DNA of 64,000 nt from Schmidtea polychroa (lineage: Eukaryota): assembly GCA_044892525.1 (NCBI GenBank), contig CM097885.1, positions 226,486,001-226,550,000 on the forward strand, written 5' to 3'. Of this stretch, positions 1 through 13,210 are shown piece after piece. Under the pieces are notes generated by a model. It was not told where the DNA came from, made no database searches, and saw nothing but the letters and a program-made list of their open reading frames with translations. Both the position numbers and the translations under genes were made by a program. Numbering within the stretch: the first letter of the stretch is position 1; each line of letters begins with the position of its first letter.

Positions 1-299
1 CCACGTGAATCCGGACACGGTCAATGCTCTTAGGAACATTCTTTTGCTTATTTCATGTATGCTAGATAGTTAAAATAAATCGGTCAATGACGAGCTTCTT
101 GTTTTAATATTGATTTGGTTTATTCCAAAATTTCTGTTGATTACAACTATAAAATAAATTTTAAGGTTTGGATTTTTGGTTTGTTATCGATTGGGGATTA
201 TCACCCAGCCCCTGAATATAATATAAGGCAAGTTTATTATGATTGCGTGCAGTGAACTCGACACTGTGAAGGAGATTGTCCGAAATAGAAGACATTAGA

Positions 300-760
300 G
301 ATGAGGTATAGCCAATGTCAGGAGTAGGTAGGGTAGAAACACAACGGAGTATTATATGATAATAAGTTTACCTGTAGTTCAATCTCGGTTCCAATTTAAT
401 TAGATCGATGAAAGAATTTCAGCGGATTAATACCGAATCACTCTATAGCATGAAAGATAAGCTCCAGGAAATTAGGTTTTCCAAGGTTCATGTCAGTAAA
501 GTATAAAGTAAGGGGACTTAACTGAAGTCGGGTACAGGAGTTCTATCGGCAGTCTGCTAAACCGTTGGAATGCTCCACGATTATAGTGTACAAAGGTACG
601 CTCACATCTGGCGAGTATTCACCCTTACAACACACTACCAATGTTTATCACTCAAAGTTGTCGGATGGTCAAACAAGTCTTTAAATTTTGGGTTGCATCG
701 GATACGACACGAACGGGTAAAACGTGGATTACCTGTGACCCACCAATGAGAAGATGTGGA
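300..760 (-). pseudogene. Highly decayed non-LTR retrotransposon reverse transcriptase relic
   Basis: Manual minus-strand translation ERTFVHYNRGAFQRFSRLPIELLYPTSVKSPYFILY*...YLSCYRV resembles the LINE RT segment RTF.V......GVPQGSVLSP.LF.LY...LYADD; multiple stops. Confidence 0.3.
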
Positions 761-959
761 AAAATATTATCATTGGGAAGATGCACAATATAGTAATATT
801 ATATTGTATTACGAAGAGAAGACGAAAGAAAGCCGCAGAAGGAGGATTCCCAAACAGAGATGATCAATCAAAAATCATTAATCTAATGGGTTATACCACT
901 ATATAAGGTAAGTTGAAATAACAAACTACTGGCAATTTGCCTCAGGTAGGGACGAAGAA

Positions 960-1620
960 ATCGAGAATAGGATATAGGAAATCTATTAATTATTTGTGAG
1001 TATGACAAACGAAGGAATACTGACATAAATTCCCATGACATGCTATTTTTCGTAATGTTTTCGTTCACCAATTCAAAAATATCCTTTTTAGAAGTCATCT
1101 GATTTAAATCATTATAAAAAAGTATTCTTAAATTATTTTTCAATCCTTTACAATCTGTAAAATAGCGAGCAGTTGTACCTCATTGCTTATATCTGTGCCC
1201 TCGTCAATTTGAAGAGGCCAAATTTTTCACAATCTTTCTGTGCCATCCGGAAATTTATTTTTGAGCTGCTTATAAATGTATGTTAAAATATCTCCGACTC
1301 TCCGCTGTATTGTTTGGTGAGGGGCAGTTGAGGTTTTTCAGATATCGTTGTAAATGCCTTCAATTTCTTAGTTTGACTCACAACATTCTCTTTTTCATTC
1401 TTACAAAATAAATGTTTGGCTTCTCTTTTAACTGGGGATGTTTTCGTTGGAGATGTCGATCAGGTTGTTTGGAACAATAGATTCATTAGCAAGAGCAACA
1501 AAGCATGGCAAATACATTGGAATTAAATCATCCTTTATAAATATAGCATAAAGCAATACTTGATGCAATCATCGTCATATTTATGCTTTTTTGCTGCCTT
1601 CTTTATTTGCTTGAATTAAA
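960..1620 (-). mobile_element. Degenerate hAT (Buster/ZBED8-SCAND3-like) transposase N-terminal relic
   Basis: Broken translation KHKYDDDCIKYCF...FQCICHAFVALANESIVPNNL and LQIDEGTDISNEVQLLA match the RKYDDDY..YGF / LANESM.P / LQLDESTD motifs; many stops. Confidence 0.6.
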
Positions 1621-2275
1621 AATCTTTTCATTGTTAAACTTAAAAATTGATTAGGAGAGTTAATAACCTGAATACAAGAAATCAAGCTACTAAATAAACA
1701 GTCAAAACTCTTACAAAAGTTCACAAGAAAAATTTATTTATAAACAAAGATAAATTTGCACTGAAATTACTTATCCACTCATTTAAATTTCTATTTTATA
1801 AAAAAATCTTAACGGCACACTGATTGGACAACACTGAGCTAAAGGATGATTTATAGAGTTTTAAATTTATTGTCAATATTCAATAAATATGTTGAGATAT
1901 AAAGATTTTCGCTGTGTTAATTTAATCTTTTTCATATTTGCGCCACTATGTTATTTTTCCAAGTGAATTACATTTAAAGTATTTTTTCGCTTTATCTTAA
2001 ATAATTTAAAGATAATTTAAAAAAATTTCAGGTATCTTATTCATTTTATTTCTGTTTTAATAACTTAAATCATACTTAATCTTTAAGAATTTATTTTAAA
2101 ATTAAGATGCTGAAATTTATTTTAAAATATTAAAGAATTTTAATTCCATTAAAAATATAATAATTATCACATTATAATTAAGTTTGTAATTTTATTTTGA
2201 TTTCATTTGATGTATAAAAGATATCTTTTTTTGAATTATAAATATTAGCCTTCATTAAAACCATAATATCAAATC

Positions 2276-5200
2276 ATGGAAGATTATTTGGAAGATGAGG
2301 ATGTAACTCCTGAAGTTAGCAATTTATTTACAATTTTTTAGTAACTCTTGTAGTATTCACCGCTCAATCAATATTTGTCAAGTTTAAATTTGAATACTAA
2401 TGAATGTAATAACTTCAAGAAATCTAATCAAACTAAGAAAATTTCGTTTTCTCTGGTAGTTTTCTATTTAATTTCTGAATGTATATAAATTTATCTAGAA
2501 TAAAAGCCATTTTGATGACATAATATTTTCATTTTTCCATTCGATTAAGCGAAAAATTGTATTATTAATTTTCTTGTAAATTAAAAATATTAATAATTTT
2601 TAGTATGAATGTCATGTGGTTTTCATTTTAACTATCGCTTTAAAAACAAATATTTTAAATGAATTTGATGAGAAATATTTGTATTATTTAATCGAATCAA
2701 GATTAATTCATTGGAAATATGTTAAAAGTAATAAGTAAGTTATTTGATAATATGGTTATTTAATTTAATTTATTTAACCATTATTTTATACTAAATATTT
2801 TAACTAAAATTTCTTATAATTTATTCAATATATAATAATTGGGAAATATTTAGGAAAACACAAATGGTATCAAATAGAGCAGGGATGGCGAACCTTTTTT
2901 TGACTGCGTGCCAATACAAATTATTTTTATTAAATGAAAATACATGCTTTTAAAAATTATATATAGATTCATTTCTATAATATGCTGACATGTTTTTTAA
3001 TGGGATTTTTGTTGCTGAATATTTCTCGATAATGCATCAATATCCGGATCATAGTTTGACAATTTTAATGAAATACAAGCCTCCCCACATTCATCGGTAA
3101 GTCTGTTTCGTACATCAGATTTTATATTATTCATAATCGAAAATAGACTTTCACAGCTATACGTTGATGAAAATATTGTTAGAATAGCTAAAGGCAATTT
3201 CTTCATCGCATTAAATGTTTCTGGGAGCGAACACCATGTCTTCAACAACATATTATTCATGTTTTCGTATTCTTCTTCATTTAATCTTTTTTTTTCATTA
3301 TTTTCTATTTCTTGCCTTAACTCTATAAATTTCAGCTTCCAAATAGAACTTGATTGAAACTCTGCCAACTGCATTTCTAAATTCTCCAACTGTAACCAGT
3401 CTAATTGATCAATTTTAGCAGTTTCCATATCAAACTTGTCTGGATATTTAATAAAGTTAATTAATGGTTGAAATTTTTTGAAATCTTGAAATCTATTAGC
3501 AAAATTGTCTTGTATGTCACTTATAACTTGGCTATAAAAATTTATATTAATTTCATGGACTCCATGAATACAAAATTTTTGAAGCTGATCTTTCAACAAA
3601 GGAAAATACTTAAAATTATTGTTGTCAATATCGCGTTTAAATATTACTAATTTGGACTCAAAACCTTCAATAATATCGAACATTACATCAATTGATTTTC
3701 CGGGACCTTGCAATTTAATATTTAATTCATTTAAATGGTTGGAAATATCCGTTAAAAACATTAATTTGGTGATCCAGTTATTATCAAAAAGTTCAGGAAA
3801 TTCGGTTTTTTTATCATTAAGAAATATGATAATTTCATCAAAACATTCTACAAAACGTTGTAACACAAATCCTCTACTAAGCCAGCGTACGTGATTATAC
3901 ATTAACAATCCATGATAATTTGAACCTACCTCTTGTAGAAGCAACTGAAATTGCCGCTTATTCAAAGCTCGAGCTGCTATAAAATTTATTATTTTGGAAA
4001 CAATACTTAAAATATCATCAAATGCTGCCAATCCAGAACTTCTTGATGAATTATACAATGAAAATTAATAATTGGATGCCCAACGTGTTCTTGAAAAAGA
4101 GATACAAAACCAGCTTGCCGTCCTATCATTGAGGGAGCTCCATCAGTTGTAATTGGCACTATTGTTGATGTATCTATCTCAGCTATTTGAAACGTTTTTA
4201 TAACTGCATCACTAATATCTTTCCCAGTTGTTTTTGCTGATAAGGAAACTAGTGAAAGCAATTCCTCAACTATTTTTTCTCCTTTAGCATAACGAGCAAT
4301 TATGGACAAGCGAGCTGAAGATGTTACGTCGGTACTTTCATCAAGACATATAGAAAATAGCTTTGCTGAACGTATATCATTTATTTTTTTAATATTAATA
4401 TTTTTATGCATTTTTAATATCCTGTCTTCAACAGTATTTCGACTTATACTTAATTCTTCAATGCGCTTAAGTATCTGCTCTTTATTTTGAAAATCTTCAA
4501 ATAAATGTGGTGCACATTTAATGAAAGCTTCTTTAATATAATCTCCATCGCTAAATGGTTTGCTATGAATAGCAATAGTCTTGGAAACCTCAAAACTAGC
4601 AGCAACTAAATAATTTGTATGTTTCAAAAATGTAGTGAATGAGTTTGATTGGAAATTTTTATTTTTAACTTCACGTGCAATATATTCTTTTTGTTCTGAA
4701 CCACTTTTAGATAAAAGAAATGAATGAGTAGTTTCATAATGACGTTTTACTGAGGATGTTCTGCACACTACTGTATTTCCACACAACGCACACAGGGCAT
4801 TGTTATTGCATTTCATCATTCCATATTTATCAGTCCACCAATCTTGAAATGGTCTGTTAGAGCTGGCCTCTGTTTTCCTTTTCTTATTTTCTGACATTCT
4901 AAAGTTGAAACATATTATTTATTTATCATTAAAATTGTCTTCTAAAAATATAAATAGATTTTTTTTATTAGCAAAAAATAATACTAAAATAAGAAAACAC
5001 AATTTTCAATCGCACTTACAAAGTTTTTAACTGAACTGAATTAGAATTAGTGAATTTCAATTTTGGCGAGAATGCAAATATTAAAACAATTTTCAATCGT
5101 ACTTACAAAGTTTTTAACTGAACTGCATTAGAATTAGTGAATTTCAATTTTGGCGAGAATGCAAATATTCATATATATTTCATATATATTTGAAAATCCA

Positions 5201-8200
5201 AAGCATACTATATTCATTTTAACATTTTTTTTATATTTAAAATTACATGTTCATACTTGTACATACCTATACCTACATACGCAAATAATATAATTATATT
5301 TTAACGTTATGAATAAAGGCGCCAGAAATCTGGAAGTTCGTTTTTAAATAACAAAATTTATGCATTAAATTTGAATTGAGTTCACAATTTTTTCAATATC
5401 AAAAATGCATTTGGATTAGTCAGTACATTACATATGTATGAAAATGAAAAATATTATACGTGCCAGCAAAAATTTATCTGCGTGCCACTTTGGGCACGCG
5501 TGCCATAGGTTCGCCATCCCTGAAATAGAGTATTATATATTTCGAATGTAATTGTATAATTTAGATTTGGTATTTTATATTACATATTTCCTTTATTGAA
5601 TAGCTAACATAGTTTAAACCCTCCCACCCCATCTGTAACCACCACACCCATCTGTAACCCTCCCACACCATCTGTAACCCTCCCACCCCATCTGTAACCC
5701 CCACTCCACCTGTAACCCTCCCACCCCATCTGTAACCCTCCTACCTCATCTGTAACCCTCCCACCCCATCTGTAACCTTCCTACCCCATCTGTAACCCTC
5801 CCACCCCATCTGTAACCCTCCCACCCCATCTGTAACCCCCACCCCATCTGTAACCCTCATACCCCATCTGTAACCCTCCTACCCCATCTGTAACCCTCCT
5901 ACCCCATTTGTAACCCTCCTACCCCATCTGTAACCCTCCTACCCCACCTGTAACCCTCCTACCCCATCTGTAACCCTCCTACCCCATCTGTAACCCTCCC
6001 ACCCCATCTGTAACCCTCCCACCCCATCTGTAACCCTCCCACCCCATTTGTAACCCTCCCACTCCATCTGTAACCCTCCCACCCCATTTGTAACCCTCCC
6101 ACTCCATCTGTAACCCTCCCACCCCATTTGTAACCCTCCCACTCCATCTGTAACCCTCCTACCCCATCTGTAACCCTCCCACCCCATCTGTAACCCCCAC
6201 CCCATCTGTAACCCTCCCACCCCATCTGTAACCCCCACCCCATCTGTAACCCTCCTACCCCATCTGTAACCCTCCTACCCCATCTGTAACCCTCCTACCC
6301 CATCTGTAACCCTCCTACCCCATCTGTAACCCTCCTACCCCATCTGTAACCCTCCCATCCCATTTGTAACCCTCCTACCCCATATGTAACCCCCACCCCA
6401 TCTGTAACAGAAAAATGCTGAGGTGGGAGAAACGAAATATTTGGTTTGGTAACAGTAATGGAACAGACTTAAAATTTTTTAATTATCGATAAAGCCTATA
6501 ATTATCATTTTTAATACTACATCCGTTCCATAATACTTGTCACATTTGATCAAACTTTTATAGCTATAGCTTCAATTGTGTTAGGCCGATTTTCAAAGGT
6601 AATAGCTTGTTGAAAAGGGTTACTCGAGGCTTTCTAACAAGCATGGGCACTTAAAAATAGTTGATCAATACTTGAATAAAAAATTGCGAGTCAGAAATAA
6701 GTTCTTTATTAATTTTATAGTAGTAACATTTATTTCAGTTATTCAATATTTAAAAAAATTTTTATATTCTCCACGGCTTCGGCATTATATTTTAAATTTA
6801 TGAGGAGTCGACTTTCTCTTCGAAGTTTTTCTTTATTTATATGAGTAATCTTATAAAAGTTGTTTCCGTTTGATTTCATGATATTTTCCATACATTTTGT
6901 AGTGTTAAGAATACACTATCAAGCGTGTCTCGATCCAATTGTTGGAAAACTGTTTCTACAGCACTAATTAAATCATCAATATTTTTAGTGACCATATGAT
7001 GTTGCAAGGCTTGTATTGCATTAAAAACTCAAGATCCAAAACATTTAGGTTTGGTCTATTCGGAGGTTGAGGTTTTAATTGCAGACTCCAACGTTCTTTT
7101 ACAAGTTCTTCTTGTAAACAGAGTCATTATTTGTTAAATGAGGCTTGGCATTGTCTTGCTGTATATGTAAACAGTACGTGATTTTTCACTTTTTGGAAAT
7201 TTTTGGCGTATAGCTGGTAAAACATTTTTAATCATCATATTTCGAATTTCCTCTTTGCAGATCTGTTCCATAACTTTCGTTACAGGAGTTCCCTTTAGAC
7301 AATTTTTAGAGTTCCCTTTGGCATTTTCTTTGAAAGTGAATGGCCAGATTCCGATTTTTCAATCGAAATATTCGTTTTTAGATGAATCCCATCTTGGCCT
7401 TGTCACCGCTGCCATAAACATTACTTTAGTGATTTTACTTTTACATTGTCTGTGAGGTACTAACTCATCTAAAGAAACATAAAATGATTTTGATGTTTTT
7501 GTGATATAAAACCATTTTTCATCTATATGAACAACATCCATCATTTCAGAAAAAAACCCATTAGGTTGAACATGTGTTATAAACAAAACTGAGCTCTTTC
7601 GATTTTGTTAAAGTCAGTTTAATAGAAGATGAAACACGCTTAAACACATTCCCTTTCTTTAAAATTCTACGCAAAGTCGTAATTTGATAAGCTTCTTAGT
7701 GTTCTCCTTTGATTTAAAGGAATATCTTTAATTTTTTCTAATTGTTGAGATAAGTTTTTCTTTTTGGTCCACAACGTCCACGCTTTCTGGATTCCACATT
7801 GAAAACTTCATTTCCGTTTTCTTTAGATTGCTGTGCTCGCTTCCACAAACGAGATATTGTTCTAGGATGCACCTTAAAGTTTGCTGCTGCTTCATTTTTA
7901 GCTCCATGATTGAGTTTGCTATCTTTGTAACACATTAATAAAAATTGAAGAATACTCTAACTTTGATTTTGATTGAGTTCCTTGTTTGTTCGATTATCAT
8001 CCATTTTTAGTAAAAATGGGTTTAAAAACTCTTAAAAAATACGAGTAACACAAAAGGGAGCTGATCTTAGCAGTAAACACGAATCTATTGTAAAAAACTT
8101 GACATTTGACAGATCACACTCAGTGTTCCTTCTGAACATGCGCGTTTTTGCGCGCACAAATTTTAAACAGGGCACATTCACACTGTAAGACGAAATGTGA

Positions 8201-10265
8201 CAAGTCATGTAGAACAAAAAAAATGTACATTGTTGTGAGTAATAATTAATTTAATTAAATTTTTTAACTAAATAATTTTTTTTCTTAAATTTGCACTTTT
8301 AGAAAATAATTAATACAGTACAAATTTAGCAAATCTTTATGAAAATTATTCAAATAGCATACATTTTCAATAATCAGACCAAAGTATCCAAATGTGACAA
8401 CTATTGTGGAACGGATGTAGTATTATTTTTTACATTTATTGGGACAGAAATTGTGAGATAAATTTACAATTTGTTCGTTTTATCTTTTACTTAATAAAAC
8501 CTGTTTATGTCCAAACTGATGGAAAACTCCTATAAATCTTTTATCATTTTCACTATTTATCATTTTTCTATTTTCAAATTCCTCTGTTTTCGATTTTTTT
8601 CAATCAATAATTTTCACCAATTTATTGATTATTTTCAGCACTCGTAACGTGTTTAAATTGTATTTCCAGGCTTTTTAAATCAAGTTTCTGGAAATTAATC
8701 GGTTTGATTTTGTTTTTCCAAATCTACATCATATTCGGTGGCTGGACAGTGGCTTTATCAGTTTTGACCTTGTTTCTCTCCTATCTATTTCTATTGGTTG
8801 TTTCTGGATTTCTTCTTCGTCGAATAATTACAACTTTCTTTAACAAGCTTTCGATAATTTCTAAACAAAGTCGTCAAGTGATTCTTCTTGTTCAAGAAAT
8901 TTTATCACTCAATCAAGGTTATTCGAAACTTGTCCATTTGATCGATAATTCTCTGTATGATTGTTCAAAGTCTTTCAATGAAGAATTCTTGGAAAATTTT
9001 ACCCATCAAATTTTCTCGATTTTATTCATTTTATATTCTGATATGGAAAAGATTAATAAAATATTTTCTAAACGAATCAAAGAAACCGAATCCACCATTG
9101 AAGAGTTGCCTTGGATTGATGACAGTTTGGTAACCTTTCCTGAAATTGATATTAAAAATGTGAATTGCCGTCAGCCAATGAGCCAACTGAAGAGCTTGCA
9201 CAATTTTATCCAATCTCAGTTTGCGGAAGTGATTAAAATGATCGTTTTGATCACATATTTCGTTAAAAATCATCCCGATTTTTTTTTATTGTTTCACCTG
9301 TTCAAATTGCTCCGTCGTTTTCACATTTATCACGAACAGTTAGTGAAATGCAAAGATCTTCTACAAATCAAAACGAAATCCAATCTTTCTAGATCCAATT
9401 ATCTAGGAAATGAATTGAATAGATTTACTGGTGATAAGTTCAAAACTTTACACAATGCGATTGGTCGGTTAGAACTACATTTGTATGAAATGTCGGAATT
9501 TTCAATTCAATTAACAAACCATGTCAAGTCGGATCAATCGTTGACAAATGACAGGCTGGTGTCACAATTACAATTGATGGATAAAAGCAAAAAACACGTT
9601 GATGGAATAGAAAATTGTTGGAAGCTTTTGTATGAGGAATTAAAGGAAATTATAAGTGGTAATCGTGAAAACGTTTCCAGTGTTCCTTTTGAACAAATTA
9701 AAATAACGAAACCCACGCAACAAATTGAAGATATAAATGAACCAATTATAATCGACGCCTATCCGGAAATTGTCGATGAGGTCATTGAAGGAATACCAGA
9801 AGAAATAGAGAATGTTGTTGAAAATAATTTTTCTAATCAAGAAATTGATACATTTGAAGAGAGATACTCTACTAACGCTAAAGCTCTGTTGAATGAATTG
9901 GAGTCTGTAATTGAAGTTCGAGCTCAAGACTGGAAAAAGCGTGAAAAATTAGCTCTTAAACGCAGAGTAAGAATTGGGAAATGTTTATATAATAGGAATT
10001 TAATGAAATCTTTTCCCTCAAGGCCGCGGAAGGAAAGTTTGTATTTGATAAGGAATTGCAATTCAATAAGAAACTGAATGGCTTCGATTTTGAATCTGAA
10101 TCTCAAATTATGAAGAATAATGTGACAATTGATCATGAGTTAGGCAGTGATGAATTCGGATTGGATTTTCGCAAGTCGTTAGGAGAAATGATACTAAAAC
10201 AGAGACATACGATGATGTTCGATTCGATTCGTGAGGGTGCAGCAGAAGAATGCTTTGGTGATTAA
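2276..10265 (+). CDS. VEZT: Vezatin (myosin-binding adherens-junction/dynein adaptor membrane protein), 6 exons, ~632 aa
   Basis: Exons 2276-2314, 2354-2455, 2499-2558, 2604-2734, 8670-9966, 9996-10265, all GT-AG and in frame (1899 nt). N-terminus MEDYLEDEDVTPE|YSPLNQYL resembles vezatin DEEVVFE|NSPLYQYL; hydrophobic segments followed by LVQEILSLNQGY; C-terminal ALLNELESVIEVRAQDWKKRE and EECFGD* match vezatin motifs. A 29-nt intron (9967-9995) joins ORF 8704-10077 to ORF 10056-10265. Confidence 0.85.
2880..5522 (-). mobile_element. Full-length hAT (Buster/Charlie, GTF2IRD2/EPM2AIP1-like) DNA transposon in vezatin intron 4; transposase frameshifted
   Basis: TIRs CAGGGATGGCGAACCT (2880) / AGGTTCGCCATCCCTG (ends 5522); perfect 8-bp TSD AAATAGAG (2872-2879, 5523-5530). 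Overlapping ORFs 4007-4897 and 2997-4058 carry LDESTD, TTDGA, CIIH, RWLS, CESLFS; single frameshift at ~4035; ~87-bp tandem duplication at 4999-5169. Confidence 0.97.
5617..6408. repeat. GC-rich minisatellite, unit AACCCTCC(T/C)ACCCCATCTGT (20 nt, with 18-nt variants), ~40 copies
   Basis: Directly visible tandem array; ORFs 5939-6238 and 5959-6243 are artefacts of the repeat. Confidence 0.97.
6517..8420 (-). mobile_element. Plant-type mariner (DD39D / Stowaway-related) Tc1/mariner element with degenerate transposase
   Basis: 32-bp TIRs CTACATCCGTTCCATAATACTTGTCACATTTG / CAAATGTGACAACTATTGTGGAACGGATGTAG (2 mismatches) flanked by TA; fragments VVHIDEKWFY, KVMFMAAVTRPR, YFDxKIGIWPF and N-terminal AAANFKVHPRTISRLW are typical of DD39D transposases. 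Confidence 0.92.
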
Positions 10266-10892
10266 GTCACTGTATTTTAATGAATGCAATTTTATATATT
10301 TTTCTTTGTTATGATGAATTGCCTGATTTTCCAACATCCTTGATAAAATTTATAGCAACGTTCAACTAGATAGTGTGTATCGGTGTCTTATAAATTACAA
10401 TAATAGTAAACCGTATCAAAGTTAGCAGCGTTGTATTGGGCATTTTACCGAGTTCCTGGCTAATGAAAATCTAATATACAAAATAAACTCAATCCATTGC
10501 TTAAGTTTTACATTTATTTAGTGCAATACACGTTTGCGCCAGATCACGACGGATCAGCTATCTGTGACTGCTTTGACGCCCGTCGTTCGTTACATTCCTT
10601 TTTGTGCGGGTTTGCATAATCTTCTTGCGGCACCGATCGCATGAACCACTTTCGGTTTTCGTGCATTTACCCCTTCTCCGTTTCGATCTCGCGAAATGAG
10701 TTTCCGCGCGGTTGGGAGACAAGTTATTGCGAATATATTGAATTTTAATTGCAAAGTGCAATTTTTGACTATAGTCAGGTGTTTTTTGGTTTTTAAACTG
10801 TAGTCTGAAGCAATCAAATATTTTGCACCATAAAAATATAATTATTGATTTTTAAGTGCAATTCGATTATAGTGTTTGGGTAATGTATAAAG

Positions 10893-12330
<1,438 letters not shown>

Positions 12331-13210
12331 GTATATTATTTCGCGTATTAGTGGTATATTGAAACGGGTAGTTTAATGCATTATGGATTTTATATTCTAC
12401 CAATTTAGTGCTAAAATTAACCTTCTACATTATCCAACTTTGGATGATAGATAAGAATGAGATCTGAGATGCCGTCTATAGACACGAAATTTATATAGGA
12501 ATAAAATTTATGAATGCACTACTAAAATTTATTTTACCCATTATTATCGAATCTGGGGAATAATAGTGTAGAATTTTTTATAAAACGAAATTTGTATATG
12601 GTAAATAACTAGCAAAAACTTTAAGGGTAATGGTGGAAAACTCTTTACTCATTATCATTGAACTACTGGGTATCATAAATAACACTTGCATGAAACCGAA
12701 TTGGTAGGTATGATATTTATGTATTGTAAGTAATTTTACAGTTATGATGAAGCATGTATTCTATCTATTATCATCAAACTTCGTAACACCCTCCACGAAA
12801 CTACAAATATGGAAATTTCTATAAACGAAAATCAAAATCCGAGGAATATTGATGAAATATTTTTCTCATTATGATCAACTTAGGGGTAACCTAGGGTAGA
12901 AATTTTGTTGGGACGTAGCTATGGGTATGAAATTGGTACACTATGACTAAATAAAAAATAAAATTTATACCTATCCTAAGAGTTGCATATAGAATGCAAT
13001 TTATCATACCATAATATTTGTACGTCTCAAAATAAAATTTATACTAAAATTTGCGTATTATAGTTATATAGAATTCTCATGNNNNNNNNNNNNNNNNNNN
13101 NNNNNNNNNNNNNNNNNNNNNNNNNNNNNNNNNNNNNNNNNNNNNNNNNNNNNNNNNNNNNNNNNNNNNNNNNNNNNNNNNNNNNNNNNNNNNNNNNNNN
13201 NNNNNNNNNN

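Noticed and set aside
5939-6243. GW/WG-rich ORFs resembling Argonaute-hook proteins
   Set aside because: They are translations of the 20-bp minisatellite, with no gene context; the array also looks nothing like CRISPR (no unique spacers).
8519-8669. Alternative vezatin first exon (ATG 8519-8643) plus a 26-nt intron
   Set aside because: The frame is open but low-complexity and not vezatin-like; exons at 2276-2734 give the conserved N-terminus and join 8670 in the correct phase.
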